A DNA stretch of 64,000 nt from Candidatus Zixiibacteriota bacterium (lineage in GTDB: Bacteria; Zixibacteria; MSB-5A5; UBA10806; 4484-95), in contig JBBIRK010000006.1 of the NCBI GenBank assembly GCA_037441845.1, positions 1-64,000 of the forward strand. Reading direction: 5' to 3'. Every line of letters starts with the position of its first letter. The first letter of the stretch is position 1. Below the pieces are notes generated by a model. It saw nothing but the letters and a program-made list of their open reading frames with translations, made no database searches and had not been told where the DNA came from. This document shows positions 48,374 through 57,668 of the stretch, piece by piece. Position numbers and translations under genes: made by a program.

Positions 48374-49851
48374 CAAGAACCCGCCGAATCGTTCCTCGAC
48401 CTATAATCCAATATTTTGATGTTCAGTTTCCCGACCGCCCGCATCAGCCCTACGAGCGAATCATGACTTCCCTCGAGCAGCTTGATATGCGCGGCGTCTG
48501 CCGACTCCTGTCCCAGCGTCGGGTCGATAGGCGTCCAGCGGCCGCCGCTATACACCGCCGGCCAGGCATGATAATAAAACAAGCCGTCTTTGTAAACGAT
48601 CCCCAGACATATCTTCGTCGGTATTCCCAGCGAACGCGCCAGCGCCGTATAAAGCGCCGAATGCTCATTGCAGTCTCCCTTTTTGACTCTGAGCACATCG
48701 GAAGCCGAGGGCAGAGAGATGGCGTATTCCTTTTCGATATTTTCGTAAACCCAACGATTCAATGTCAGTATCACGAGATTTTCATCTTGCAAATTGCCCA
48801 CTATCTGTTTTGCTTTCAGCATGATCCTCGAATCGTCGCTCTGAATCATCGGCTCGGGTTCGATATAGTTTCGCGGCGGAACCGGGCTGTTTTTGAATCC
48901 CTTGGGGCTTATCTCGATTACCAGCGGCGATCGGGATACAATCCTCTGAAAATCGTCCTCGAGCTCGAACGCGGTGCCTTCTATACCGCTGAGTTCGATT
49001 TTCAGATATTCGCATCCGCGGGCGTTCTCGATAACACCCTCCGAACGAACCGCCAGCAATTCGAGAATATCCCAGTTCTGCACCGATTCGGGCACATCGA
49101 GCGCCTTGTTTTTAGTCGCCATAGTCATGGTCATTCCGCCGGGTTCGATTTCCTGAATCACAGCGCCGTCGGAGCTGACAAAAGAGGTTACCGTGACTCC
49201 CGCCGTGGTAGCCTGGATTTTATGGCCATCATACTCTTTGCCGCCCACCTCGAACTTTTCCCGCCCGCTGACCTTCAGATGCAATGTGGAAATCGTCAAA
49301 CTTACCGGGTCGATACAGGGCAGGCTGAAATCTCCCTCGGGAAAACCCTTATCGGCCATTATCAGAGGAATCGTCCCGGGAAGATAAACGCCATCGGGGC
49401 AATCGAGAATTATACTGTTGATTTCGCCGCCCGATTGTATTTTCAATTCGATCCTGCCGTCCTTGACATGCCCGTAAACGTTGGTGGAATATTCTTCGCT
49501 GGAGATTCCGAAAGTCAGGTCTTTAAGGGAATAATCGGTGTCGACGACTGCATAAAAATCCATCAGCACCTCGCGGGTGGTTCCTCCCATAGGCAGCCGT
49601 AGAAGGGAATAATCTTTGAAAATCCAACCCAGCGACGAGCGTTTGAACGAATTCATGGCATACCCTATCTTTTGCCCGCTCATGGCCACGTCATACCAGT
49701 ATTCGGTCTCGCTGCGGGGCTGCCCGCTTCCCTGGAGACCGGCAAGTTGAACGTTGCCCCCGGCCGGAAAATGGTTGAAATATAGCAACGCCATGCTTAC
49801 CAGCCAGATTGCGGCCGCCACAATATCGAAAAAAATCGAGGTTTTTCTCAT
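48373..49851 (-). CDS. Membrane-anchored transglutaminase-like protein
   Basis: N-terminal TM; intact Cys-His-Asp triad (GDCNEH, YHAW, IDPT). Confidence 0.85.
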   Translation of the reverse strand: MRKTSIFFDIVAAAIWLVSMALLYFNHFPAGGNVQLAGLQGSGQPRSETEYWYDVAMSGQKIGYAMNSFKRSSLGWIFKDYSLLRLPMGGTTREVLMDFYAVVDTDYSLKDLTFGISSEEYSTNVYGHVKDGRIELKIQSGGEINSIILDCPDGVYLPGTIPLIMADKGFPEGDFSLPCIDPVSLTISTLHLKVSGREKFEVGGKEYDGHKIQATTAGVTVTSFVSSDGAVIQEIEPGGMTMTMATKNKALDVPESVQNWDILELLAVRSEGVIENARGCEYLKIELSGIEGTAFELEDDFQRIVSRSPLVIEISPKGFKNSPVPPRNYIEPEPMIQSDDSRIMLKAKQIVGNLQDENLVILTLNRWVYENIEKEYAISLPSASDVLRVKKGDCNEHSALYTALARSLGIPTKICLGIVYKDGLFYYHAWPAVYSGGRWTPIDPTLGQESADAAHIKLLEGSHDSLVGLMRAVGKLNIKILDYRSRNDSAGS

Positions 49852-49904
49852 ACGGTTCGATTTTTCCCTGTTAAATTTATTATCGGCCGAAAACAGTCGG
49901 AATT

Positions 49905-50936
49905 TCAGCTATAATCGATGACTTCGTTTATAATCCCGACAGCCGCATCGATATCGGATTCGTCGACATCCAGATGCGTAACCGCCCGGACTAGATGCCG
50001 CCCGAATCGCACCAGCAATAGGCCGCGCTTGGCGCAGTTATCGATAAACGTATCCGGTGGCTTGCCTACATCGAAAATCACGATATTCGTCTGCACGTTC
50101 GATAAATCGATTTTGATTGACGGATTATGCCTCAACCCCTCGGCCAGTTTTCCGGCAAGACGGTGATCTTCACCTATTCGAGCGCGGTTATGATTAAGCG
50201 CGTACAAAGCGGCGGCCGCTATGATTCCCACCTGGCGCATTCCGCCTCCCAGCATCTTGCGGACTCGGCGGGCTTGCTCGATATTTTTTTCCGATCCGCA
50301 GACGGCCGAGCCTATCGGCGCACCGAGGCCTTTGGAGAAGCAAACCGATACCATATCGAACGGCTCGGCGAGTATCGCCGGTTCGAGCCTCAACGCCGAC
50401 GCCGCATTCCACAGCCGCGCCCCATCGAGATACGTTCGTATAGAGTGACTTTTTGCCAGCTTGCCGATTTCGTTTAGATATTCCGGGGACAAAACGGCTC
50501 CCCCATGGCGGTTATGGGTATTTTCAAGGGCGATAAGGCGTGTGCGCGGCGCGTGAATATCGGGCCGCCTGATCGCTGCGGACGCTTTTTCGATCGGAAT
50601 TTGACCCCGGATGCCGTCGAGCGGCATCAACATTATTCCCGAAAGCGCAGCGGCCGCCCCGACTTCATCATTAACTATATGCGCCAGCCGTTCGCAGATG
50701 ACCTCATCTCCCGGTTGGCATAGCGTCCGGAGCGCCACCTGATTGGCCATGGTTCCCGAAGGAACGAAAAGTGCCGCCTCCTTCCCCAGAATTCTCGCCG
50801 TTTCTTTCTCGAGCGCCTTGACAGTCGGGTCGTCGCCGAATACGTCGTCGCCGACTTCGGCGGCCGCCATCGCCTCCCGCATTTCCGCCGAGGGCTTGGT
50901 GACCGTATCGGATCTCAGATCGATTGTTTTCGGCAA
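49905..50936 (-). CDS. ltaE: Low-specificity L-threonine aldolase
   Basis: [47 protein letters not shown]. Confidence 0.94.
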   Translation of the reverse strand: MPKTIDLRSDTVTKPSAEMREAMAAAEVGDDVFGDDPTVKALEKETARILGKEAALFVPSGTMANQVALRTLCQPGDEVICERLAHIVNDEVGAAAALSGIMLMPLDGIRGQIPIEKASAAIRRPDIHAPRTRLIALENTHNRHGGAVLSPEYLNEIGKLAKSHSIRTYLDGARLWNAASALRLEPAILAEPFDMVSVCFSKGLGAPIGSAVCGSEKNIEQARRVRKMLGGGMRQVGIIAAAALYALNHNRARIGEDHRLAGKLAEGLRHNPSIKIDLSNVQTNIVIFDVGKPPDTFIDNCAKRGLLLVRFGRHLVRAVTHLDVDESDIDAAVGIINEVIDYS

Positions 50937-50988
50937 AACGAACCCTTACAATTGATATTGTTTATGATCGGGAAAGCGGTGTATGGAT

Positions 50989-51192
50989 TCAGCATACTCT
51001 TATGACATTTATCGCCTTGTTACCGTCCGTCCGGTCTATTTCGAACAAAACGTCATCACCCTTTTTCAGCGTGCGATAGCCTTCCGCGCAGATTTCAGTA
51101 AACCTTACATACAGCTCCCGCGGAATCTCCATTGAGGTGATGAACCCGTATCCCTTGAGGTCATTGAACCATTTTACGGTTCCCTTATGCAT
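50989..51192 (-). CDS. Cold-shock domain protein (divergent RNP2)
   Basis: GTVKWFN..KGYGFI; GGGAGG RBS. Confidence 0.85.
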   Translation of the reverse strand: MHKGTVKWFNDLKGYGFITSMEIPRELYVRFTEICAEGYRTLKKGDDVLFEIDRTDGNKAINVIRVC

Positions 51193-51394
51193 CATGCCTC
51201 CCGCGTTTTGGTGGCAACAAATGGTATTGTCGGGCTTGACTTGCCGTAATCGCTGGAATTTCATCTTTGCCTATCGATTCGGTCATGACTTAACTATTCC
51301 GTATCCGCGATTTTGTTCCGGGGTATTCCACCCGGAGATTCTTTTTCTATGAAAGTTTTTAGACCTATCGATAGTTTCCCCGACCGCTTCGGGT

Positions 51395-52000
51395 TTACAG
51401 ATACATCATTTGCTGATTCAGTAACAATTGCATGATGCCGCCGGCGACCAGCGGAACGGTTATGTTATCGTCTATCGGCAGCGGCAGAAGCTCGGTTATC
51501 GCGCCGACGATTACTCCCGCCAAGGTGATTTTCCAGTTCAGCCCGGGTACCATCCTTATGGCCATCAAGGTGAACGCAAGAAAAGCGATCGTTCCCTCGA
51601 GCGTTTTATAGTAGATCCTGAATTTGCCGATAGTGCGCCCGATAATCGCCGCCGCCACGTCGCCCACCACGATTATGACCATGGCCGCCGCGGCCACGCG
51701 TCGGTCGTAAAAAAGAAACACCAAAAGACCCGCCAGAAGAATCGTGGTTGATCCCGAAAAACTTCTCACCTCCCGCGGGCGCAGCATGAAACCGAAATTG
51801 ATCCCCATGAATTTTTTTATGGACTCGTTGCCGAAAAATCGAAGAAGGTCGAAAAGGACGCTTAGAATCAAAAGGCAGGATAATATGGAAATCACCTGCC
51901 TCGGATTGAATAAAAAATACCCCAAGGGGATCAGCAGCGAACAGAGGTGTATCGCCTTACGCCAGAGCTCGCCTTTCCAGCTCAGTGATGCTTCATTCAC
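51395..52000 (-). CDS. CTP-dependent polyprenol/diacylglycerol kinase (SEC59/DGK1/phytol kinase family)
   Basis: ELWRKAIH, GDVAAAIIG, KTLEG, E.LP..IDDN..VP; GTG 52000 preferred over ATG 52126, which overlaps the upstream gene. Confidence 0.8.
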   Translation of the reverse strand: MNEASLSWKGELWRKAIHLCSLLIPLGYFLFNPRQVISILSCLLILSVLFDLLRFFGNESIKKFMGINFGFMLRPREVRSFSGSTTILLAGLLVFLFYDRRVAAAAMVIIVVGDVAAAIIGRTIGKFRIYYKTLEGTIAFLAFTLMAIRMVPGLNWKITLAGVIVGAITELLPLPIDDNITVPLVAGGIMQLLLNQQMMYL

Positions 52001-52026
52001 GGCGATACCGGCCCCGGTCAATTGAA

Positions 52027-53787
52027 TCAACTCCCCTGATTCAAATTGATTGGTTTGACTACTTCCGGAAATTCGTATTTCTCGAAAGTCCGTTTCTCGA
52101 TTATTATGCTTGCCGACTCTCGCCATTGTTCGAGCATTTGCTTTTTGACTGCGTTATCGGCGCTTTTCTTTAATGCGTCCCGGATACCCGGTCTTACTTG
52201 ATCCAATGATTTATCCTGCCTTTTGTCCACGAGTTTGGCTATATGATATCCCCAGACTGTTTTTATGGGAAGCGAGATCTGTCCCACCTCGAGCTGCTTT
52301 ACCGCCTCGAAAAAAGTCTGTCCCATCTCCTGCTCGGAAATATAGCCCAGATCGAAAGCGATCTCCCGTATTTCTATTTCTCCCGGGTAATAGCGCAAAG
52401 CCATTTCTTTGAAATCGGCTCCTTGCAGCAATGAATCTCTGATGACCAAAGCTAAAGCCGAATCCTGGAATATGATATGCTGAACCTTCAGAGGTTTCTT
52501 TTCCCGGTAGCGTTCCTCGAAATGGCTGTCGTAGTATTCCTTTACTTCTTCCTCGGTCGGTTGATAGATCGAGTCGCGCATTATTTGGTCGAGTTTGAAT
52601 CTGGCCTCGCGATCGGTGAATTCGATGCCGGCGCTGATAACTTTCGGATTGTCATAATACCCCAAAGTTTTGCCTGCCGCCCGCAACAGATTGTTGACCG
52701 ACATATCCTGCAGCAGCTCGCGTTTCACCGCCGGGGTGGCCTCCGTATATTTTTTCAAACGCATGAATTTCGGCAGATTCTGCAGAAGGCGATCCGCGAA
52801 AACCGTATCTTTTTCGTTTACGATCATGACCCACTGGTCGGCCTGGACCAAACTATCAGGCAGATCCAAAATAGGCTCGTTGAATTCATAATGCGCAGCC
52901 GATTTCAGCGAATCGACGAATTTGTCGGCCTTTTCTTTTTCGTGATTGCGGAACAGCGAAGCCCTTATCGTGCCGCGCAATTGCGAGTCGAGCGGTTTCA
53001 AGGCCGGCATTATATGTTCGCTTACTTTGATTATATGGAATCCTCGAATGGTTTTGGCCGGACCGACCACCGAACCTATTTCGGCGGCAAAGGCCAGCGA
53101 ATCGAACTCGTCACCCATCCGCCCGCGGCTGATAAGACCGATATCCCCACCCTTTTGGTTCGTGTTTTTATCCTCGGAGTATTTGGCGCAAAGGCTGTCC
53201 CAATTTTCGCCGCTTTTGGCTTTGGCCAATATCGCTTTGGCTCTTTTGAGCGATTCCTTTTCATTGGCCGCGATTATCTTCTCTTTGGCTTTCGCCGACT
53301 TTACGCCAGCGGTTTCGGGTTTGGGGGTTGAGATCAGTATGTGAGCCACCCGCACTTGTTCCGGCGTCATGAACTGTTCGGGATGCTGCGAATAGAAAGA
53401 GTCGATTTCCGATGAATCCATCTGGATTTTGAACGTGATTTCACCGTCGAACATGAGCCTGAACACGTTGTTGGCTATCTCCGAGTTGCGTCTTTCGATG
53501 AACGAACGGTCCTGTTCGAGAAGGGCTTTGATCGAATCCACGCGGATATCGATCAATTTTAGATCTATGAGACTGTCCAGAAGATTTTGTTTCAACAGCT
53601 GAACGTCGGTCGTATCGCTGATAATGATGTTCTTCGCGCCGGCGATTGAATCCATCTCGGCCGCGGTAATGGGACGGCCGTCCACCCTACCGAGCACCAC
53701 TTGGCTCTTATCGACGAACTTATGCCCACCGGCGCATGCCAGAATCGCCGGGATGCAGCACAACAAAACCGCATGAAATACTTTCAT
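52027..53787 (-). CDS. Parvulin-type peptidyl-prolyl isomerase lipoprotein (SurA/PrsA-like, two rotamase domains)
   Basis: ILA-C lipobox; VAHILI...KGGDIG...GFHII and VQHIIF...DLGY...WGYHI. Confidence 0.85.
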   Translation of the reverse strand: MKVFHAVLLCCIPAILACAGGHKFVDKSQVVLGRVDGRPITAAEMDSIAGAKNIIISDTTDVQLLKQNLLDSLIDLKLIDIRVDSIKALLEQDRSFIERRNSEIANNVFRLMFDGEITFKIQMDSSEIDSFYSQHPEQFMTPEQVRVAHILISTPKPETAGVKSAKAKEKIIAANEKESLKRAKAILAKAKSGENWDSLCAKYSEDKNTNQKGGDIGLISRGRMGDEFDSLAFAAEIGSVVGPAKTIRGFHIIKVSEHIMPALKPLDSQLRGTIRASLFRNHEKEKADKFVDSLKSAAHYEFNEPILDLPDSLVQADQWVMIVNEKDTVFADRLLQNLPKFMRLKKYTEATPAVKRELLQDMSVNNLLRAAGKTLGYYDNPKVISAGIEFTDREARFKLDQIMRDSIYQPTEEEVKEYYDSHFEERYREKKPLKVQHIIFQDSALALVIRDSLLQGADFKEMALRYYPGEIEIREIAFDLGYISEQEMGQTFFEAVKQLEVGQISLPIKTVWGYHIAKLVDKRQDKSLDQVRPGIRDALKKSADNAVKKQMLEQWRESASIIIEKRTFEKYEFPEVVKPINLNQGS

Positions 53788-53831
53788 CTCTATTCTCCAT
53801 AACTGGTTGTAAATCTCGTTCACAGGCTTGG

Positions 53832-53860
53832 AAATTACCTAAGCCGGTCGAATCTGTCAA
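53832..53860 (-). promoter_or_regulatory. Sigma70-type promoter of the PPIase gene
   Basis: TTGACA-17 bp-TAATTT on the minus strand. Confidence 0.6.
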
Positions 53861-53899
53861 GCCCTAAACACCGAAACAGACCGCCGCTTACAGGTTCGC

Positions 53900-54709
53900 C
53901 TAATCCAAAAAATCGATTATCGTCCCGGTGACCGCCGCTGGTTCTTCGAGATTGACCATATGGGCGGCCCCCTTTATGATTTCCAGCGATGAATTTTTCA
54001 GATGGCGGGCGAAGTATTTCGCCGCATCGATGAACTGCGCATCCTGTGCTCCAGCTATAACCAGCGTCGGTTGATTCAATTCCGAAATCCTTCGCCGCCA
54101 ATTTCCGTCCGGTTCGGCGGACATCCTGCCGCGCAACATCGCTTGAAGATAATCCGGATTGTGGCGATTGAGTATTTTCGTCCATAAGACGCCGATTTCC
54201 GGGTTCCTTTTGAACATATTCGCCACCAAGGGGCCATTGCGGATACCCGTTTTTTCAGCCCATAATTCTACGCCGCCCTGTCTCAGCAGTTCCAATTCCC
54301 GGCTCATCGCCTCGATACTCACCTTTCTTGTGGGTTTTCCCGAAGAAGGCAAAATCGAGGAGACGAGAATCAATTTCGAAATCCTGTCGGGGCGGCTTAA
54401 AGCCACGCGAAACGACACCGGGCCGCTCATGGAAAATCCGAGCAAAGCGGCGCCGCGGATATCCATTTCGGCGATCAACCCGAGAATATCCTCGGCCATC
54501 ACCGCCGTTGACCAGCGCGGTCCACAGGACGACTTTCCGAAACCGCGCAAATCCACGACGATCGTCCTGTAGTTGCGGGCGAATTCCGGAATCTGAAACT
54601 CCCACATGAGCCCGTTCAAGGCGTATCCGTGAAGCAATATCAAAGGCTGGCCGTTGTCGCCGAACTCCTCGTAATATATGGCAGCATCGCCGGCGTCGAA
54701 AAAAGGCAT
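53900..54709 (-). CDS. Alpha/beta-fold hydrolase
   Basis: LLHG, DLRGFGKS, GFSMSG nucleophile elbow, GAQD, AAHMVNLE. Confidence 0.9.
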   Translation of the reverse strand: MPFFDAGDAAIYYEEFGDNGQPLILLHGYALNGLMWEFQIPEFARNYRTIVVDLRGFGKSSCGPRWSTAVMAEDILGLIAEMDIRGAALLGFSMSGPVSFRVALSRPDRISKLILVSSILPSSGKPTRKVSIEAMSRELELLRQGGVELWAEKTGIRNGPLVANMFKRNPEIGVLWTKILNRHNPDYLQAMLRGRMSAEPDGNWRRRISELNQPTLVIAGAQDAQFIDAAKYFARHLKNSSLEIIKGAAHMVNLEEPAAVTGTIIDFLD

Positions 54710-55351
54710 CTATTCTTTATCCCTATTTGAAAAGACCGCGCGCAACGCGGCGTTTATCGTCTCCCAATCGAAACCTCTGCCGTAAAGCAGCATTGCCAGC
54801 CGCTGTTTTGCCTTAAGCTGCGGCACATCTTTCAGGCTTTTGATCTTTTTCCGCACTATATCGATGGCCGCTTGCAGCTCATCGTAATCTTCCAGCTCCG
54901 AGGCCAGCGCCTTATCGGCCACCGCCTGAGATACTCCTTTTTGGCGCAATTTACGTTTTATCAGCATCTTTCCCTTAGCGCCGCCTATCAACGTGGTGTG
55001 AATCAACGCCGAGGCGAAGGCCGTATCGTCGATATATCCGAGTTCTTTGAGCTTATTGATTACCGCTTCGGCATGCCGGCCGTAGATCGGCGTGTATTTC
55101 AGTTTGTTGAACAATTCCTTTTCCGAATGACGCCGCCGGGCAAGTAGATCGAGAGCTTTCCGTTTAAGATACTGAAACTCTCCCTCGCTCCGCAGTTCCG
55201 TCAATTTGTTCCGGGGCAACTGAATTCCAGAACGCAATCCGTATTTCAGAATCAACTCTTCATCTACAGGAAAAGCAGCGCCTTCATCCGCCTGCAACAG
55301 ATAGAATCCCTTTTTCCGTTTTATTTTTTCCAAAGACAGGATAGCAGGCAT
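54710..55351 (-). CDS. recX: Regulatory protein RecX
   Basis: ALDLLARRRHSEKEL, GYIDDTAFA, KLRQKGV, RGF. Confidence 0.88.
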   Translation of the reverse strand: MPAILSLEKIKRKKGFYLLQADEGAAFPVDEELILKYGLRSGIQLPRNKLTELRSEGEFQYLKRKALDLLARRRHSEKELFNKLKYTPIYGRHAEAVINKLKELGYIDDTAFASALIHTTLIGGAKGKMLIKRKLRQKGVSQAVADKALASELEDYDELQAAIDIVRKKIKSLKDVPQLKAKQRLAMLLYGRGFDWETINAALRAVFSNRDKE

Positions 55352-55415
55352 GACTCGGCCTCCACAAAGGAAATTCCATGCAAGCTTTCAACCGCATGGC
55401 CGCCGCGGTTTCGGA

Positions 55416-57413
55416 TCATATTCCTTTGGCCAGAAGCTCCACTATATCGACCACGGCATGCGATTCGCCGCAATCTTTCGCCTTGATTCCATCCTCCAGC
55501 ATCGTCATACAAAACGGGCAGGCTACACCGATAGTTTTCGCTCCGGTCGCTATCGCTTCCTCGGTCCTTTCGATATTTATCCGCTTGCCGGTCGTTTCTT
55601 CGAGCCACATTCTGGCTCCGCCTGCCCCGCAGCAGAAAGAGTTATCGCGGCTTCTTTTCATCTCGATCCGCTTGCCGACGGCATCGATAAGATATCTCGA
55701 TGGTTCATACAGGCCGTTGTGGCGGCCAAGATAACAAGAGTCGTGGAAAACGATTTCGTTTTGTCCATCTCCTGAGGCGAATTTCGCATTGTCGATTTTC
55801 AACCGGCCGCTTTTCAGCAGTTCCCCAATAAGCTGATGAGTGTGCCAAACCTCGTAATTACCCCCGAAATCCGGATACTCGTTTTTCAGGGTATTGAAAC
55901 AATGCGGGCAATTGGTGAAGATCTTCTTCACGCCTTTGCTGTTCAGCAGTTCGACGTTGGCTGCTGCCAATGTCTGGAAAAGATATTCCTCGCCCAACCT
56001 TCTGGCCGAGTCGCCGGTGCAACTTTCATCGGTGCCGAGAATCGCGAAATCGAGCCCGGCGGCGTTCATTATATAAACTGTGGCTCTGCTGACTTTGATA
56101 TTGCGGGCATCGAGAGCGCCCGCGCAGCCGACCCAGTATAACCACTCGTATCGAGGCTTATCGGCGACCAAATTGATTTCGAGGTCCTTATACCAATCAG
56201 CTCTCGCCGCCTGCCCCAATCCCCAGGGGTCGCCGGCTTTTTCCATGTTTTTCAGCGCTAGACCACCCTGCGGTGAAATCGCCCCTTCGTTGAGCACCAG
56301 CGACCGCCGATAATCGATTATTTTCGGCACATGTTCGATTAAAAGCGGACAAGCTCTCTGGCAGGCGTAACATGTCGTGCAATCCCAGATGACCTCCTCG
56401 GTGATTACATCCTTTATGAGATCCTCCTGAAATTTCTCATCCTGGCCGGCGAAAATGAATTTCCCTTTGCTTTCGGTATGACGACGCAATTGCATTATTA
56501 TATTTTTCGGCGATAGGGGCTTGCCGGTATTCCAGGCAGGGCAGGCGTCCTGGCAACGGCCGCATTCGGTGCAGGAAAGGCCGTCGAGATAATCTTTCCA
56601 GGAATGTTCTTCGACTTTCGAGACGCCGAACGATTCGGAATTTTCGAGATCCGGTTTTCCGAGCTTGGTTCCCGACTTGGGGTAAGCCAGAAATACGTTG
56701 AAAAGCGACGTGAAAACGTGCATGTGTTTTCCCAAAGGAACGTAATTCAACATCGCCATGAATGAAAGCAGGTGACCCCACCAGAAAAGATGCGCCAAGA
56801 ATCCGGCGGTTTCCGATCGTGTGTGCCAGAGCAATGCGGCCAGGAAATTGATTAAAAATCCGCCTTCGACAGGCGTTTGTTGGCTGACGATATTGAAAGC
56901 ATCGGAAAATAGATCGAATAGCATGAGTGCGGCGATCAAGACCAGTATGAGGGCCGCTCCGGGACTCTGAGTCAGCCGCTTGGGCCGGATTACATATCGT
57001 TTTACGGCGAAACCGATTACTCCCAATATCACCAGGAAACTGAAAAAATCCAGCAGGAACATGAACGGAACCCGCAGAGAGTCGCCCAAAATGGGGATAC
57101 TGAATCGCTGACTGAAACCTTTGCCGAAAAAATTGATGGTGCCGAAACCGATGATCACGAATCCCCAGAAGACGACGAAATGTGCCAGACCGGAAAAGGG
57201 ATCATCAAGCAACCGTTTCTGGCCGAAAGCGAATCGAGCGACCCGGCCCAACCCGCCGATTATATCGATTCGACGATCCAATTTTCTGAATCGTGCCAGC
57301 AATCTGATATAGCGGCTTATTATGAATGCAAAAAGCGCGATTCCCCCGAAAAAGATAAGATAAAACGCGATTCTTTCCAGACCTTGCGGTGTTATTTCCG
57401 TTAATTGTTCCAT
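55416..57413 (-). CDS. Membrane-bound Fe-S oxidoreductase (FadF/DUF224/EMO type)
   Basis: N-terminal TM domain with His (HFVVFWGF, WWGH, KHMH); CTECGRCQDACP, CTTCYACQRACP; two Cys-rich CCG domains. Confidence 0.88.
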   Translation of the reverse strand: MEQLTEITPQGLERIAFYLIFFGGIALFAFIISRYIRLLARFRKLDRRIDIIGGLGRVARFAFGQKRLLDDPFSGLAHFVVFWGFVIIGFGTINFFGKGFSQRFSIPILGDSLRVPFMFLLDFFSFLVILGVIGFAVKRYVIRPKRLTQSPGAALILVLIAALMLFDLFSDAFNIVSQQTPVEGGFLINFLAALLWHTRSETAGFLAHLFWWGHLLSFMAMLNYVPLGKHMHVFTSLFNVFLAYPKSGTKLGKPDLENSESFGVSKVEEHSWKDYLDGLSCTECGRCQDACPAWNTGKPLSPKNIIMQLRRHTESKGKFIFAGQDEKFQEDLIKDVITEEVIWDCTTCYACQRACPLLIEHVPKIIDYRRSLVLNEGAISPQGGLALKNMEKAGDPWGLGQAARADWYKDLEINLVADKPRYEWLYWVGCAGALDARNIKVSRATVYIMNAAGLDFAILGTDESCTGDSARRLGEEYLFQTLAAANVELLNSKGVKKIFTNCPHCFNTLKNEYPDFGGNYEVWHTHQLIGELLKSGRLKIDNAKFASGDGQNEIVFHDSCYLGRHNGLYEPSRYLIDAVGKRIEMKRSRDNSFCCGAGGARMWLEETTGKRINIERTEEAIATGAKTIGVACPFCMTMLEDGIKAKDCGESHAVVDIVELLAKGI

Positions 57414-57479
57414 TGGGCGCTCTCCGTTTCGCGGCCGCGGATCCTGGATTCCTCGAACGGTTCCCGGCGATTTTCAGCT

Positions 57480-57508
57480 ATCATAACAGGGTGGTTTTGC
57501 CGGGTCAA
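57480..57508 (-). promoter_or_regulatory. Sigma70-type promoter of the Fe-S oxidoreductase operon
   Basis: TTGACC-17 bp-TATGAT with extended -10 TG. Confidence 0.6.
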
Positions 57509-57628
57509 GCGAAAAGCCCCGCTTGAAAAACCCAAGACGGCTGACCGTGATCAGGTAGCCTCAACATCGCTTTCTTTATATGACTCTTTTGATGCGCTTT
57601 TGAATCAAAAGGCAGGCTCATTAAACGA

Positions 57629-57657
57629 TTGACTATCAGGCGAGGCCATAATAACTT
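57629..57657 (+). promoter_or_regulatory. Sigma70-type promoter of gatA
   Basis: TTGACT-17 bp-TAACTT ending 11 nt before the ATG. Confidence 0.5.
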
Positions 57658-57668
57658 TCCCCGTTCGT

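Noticed and set aside
52027..52126. Apparent 100-nt overlap between the PPIase and polyprenol kinase genes
   Set aside because: Family similarity starts near ELWRK, and an in-frame GTG at 52000 removes the overlap.
57405..57632. 75-aa ORF as possible gatC
   Set aside because: No GatC-like features; it overlaps the divergent gene start and promoters.
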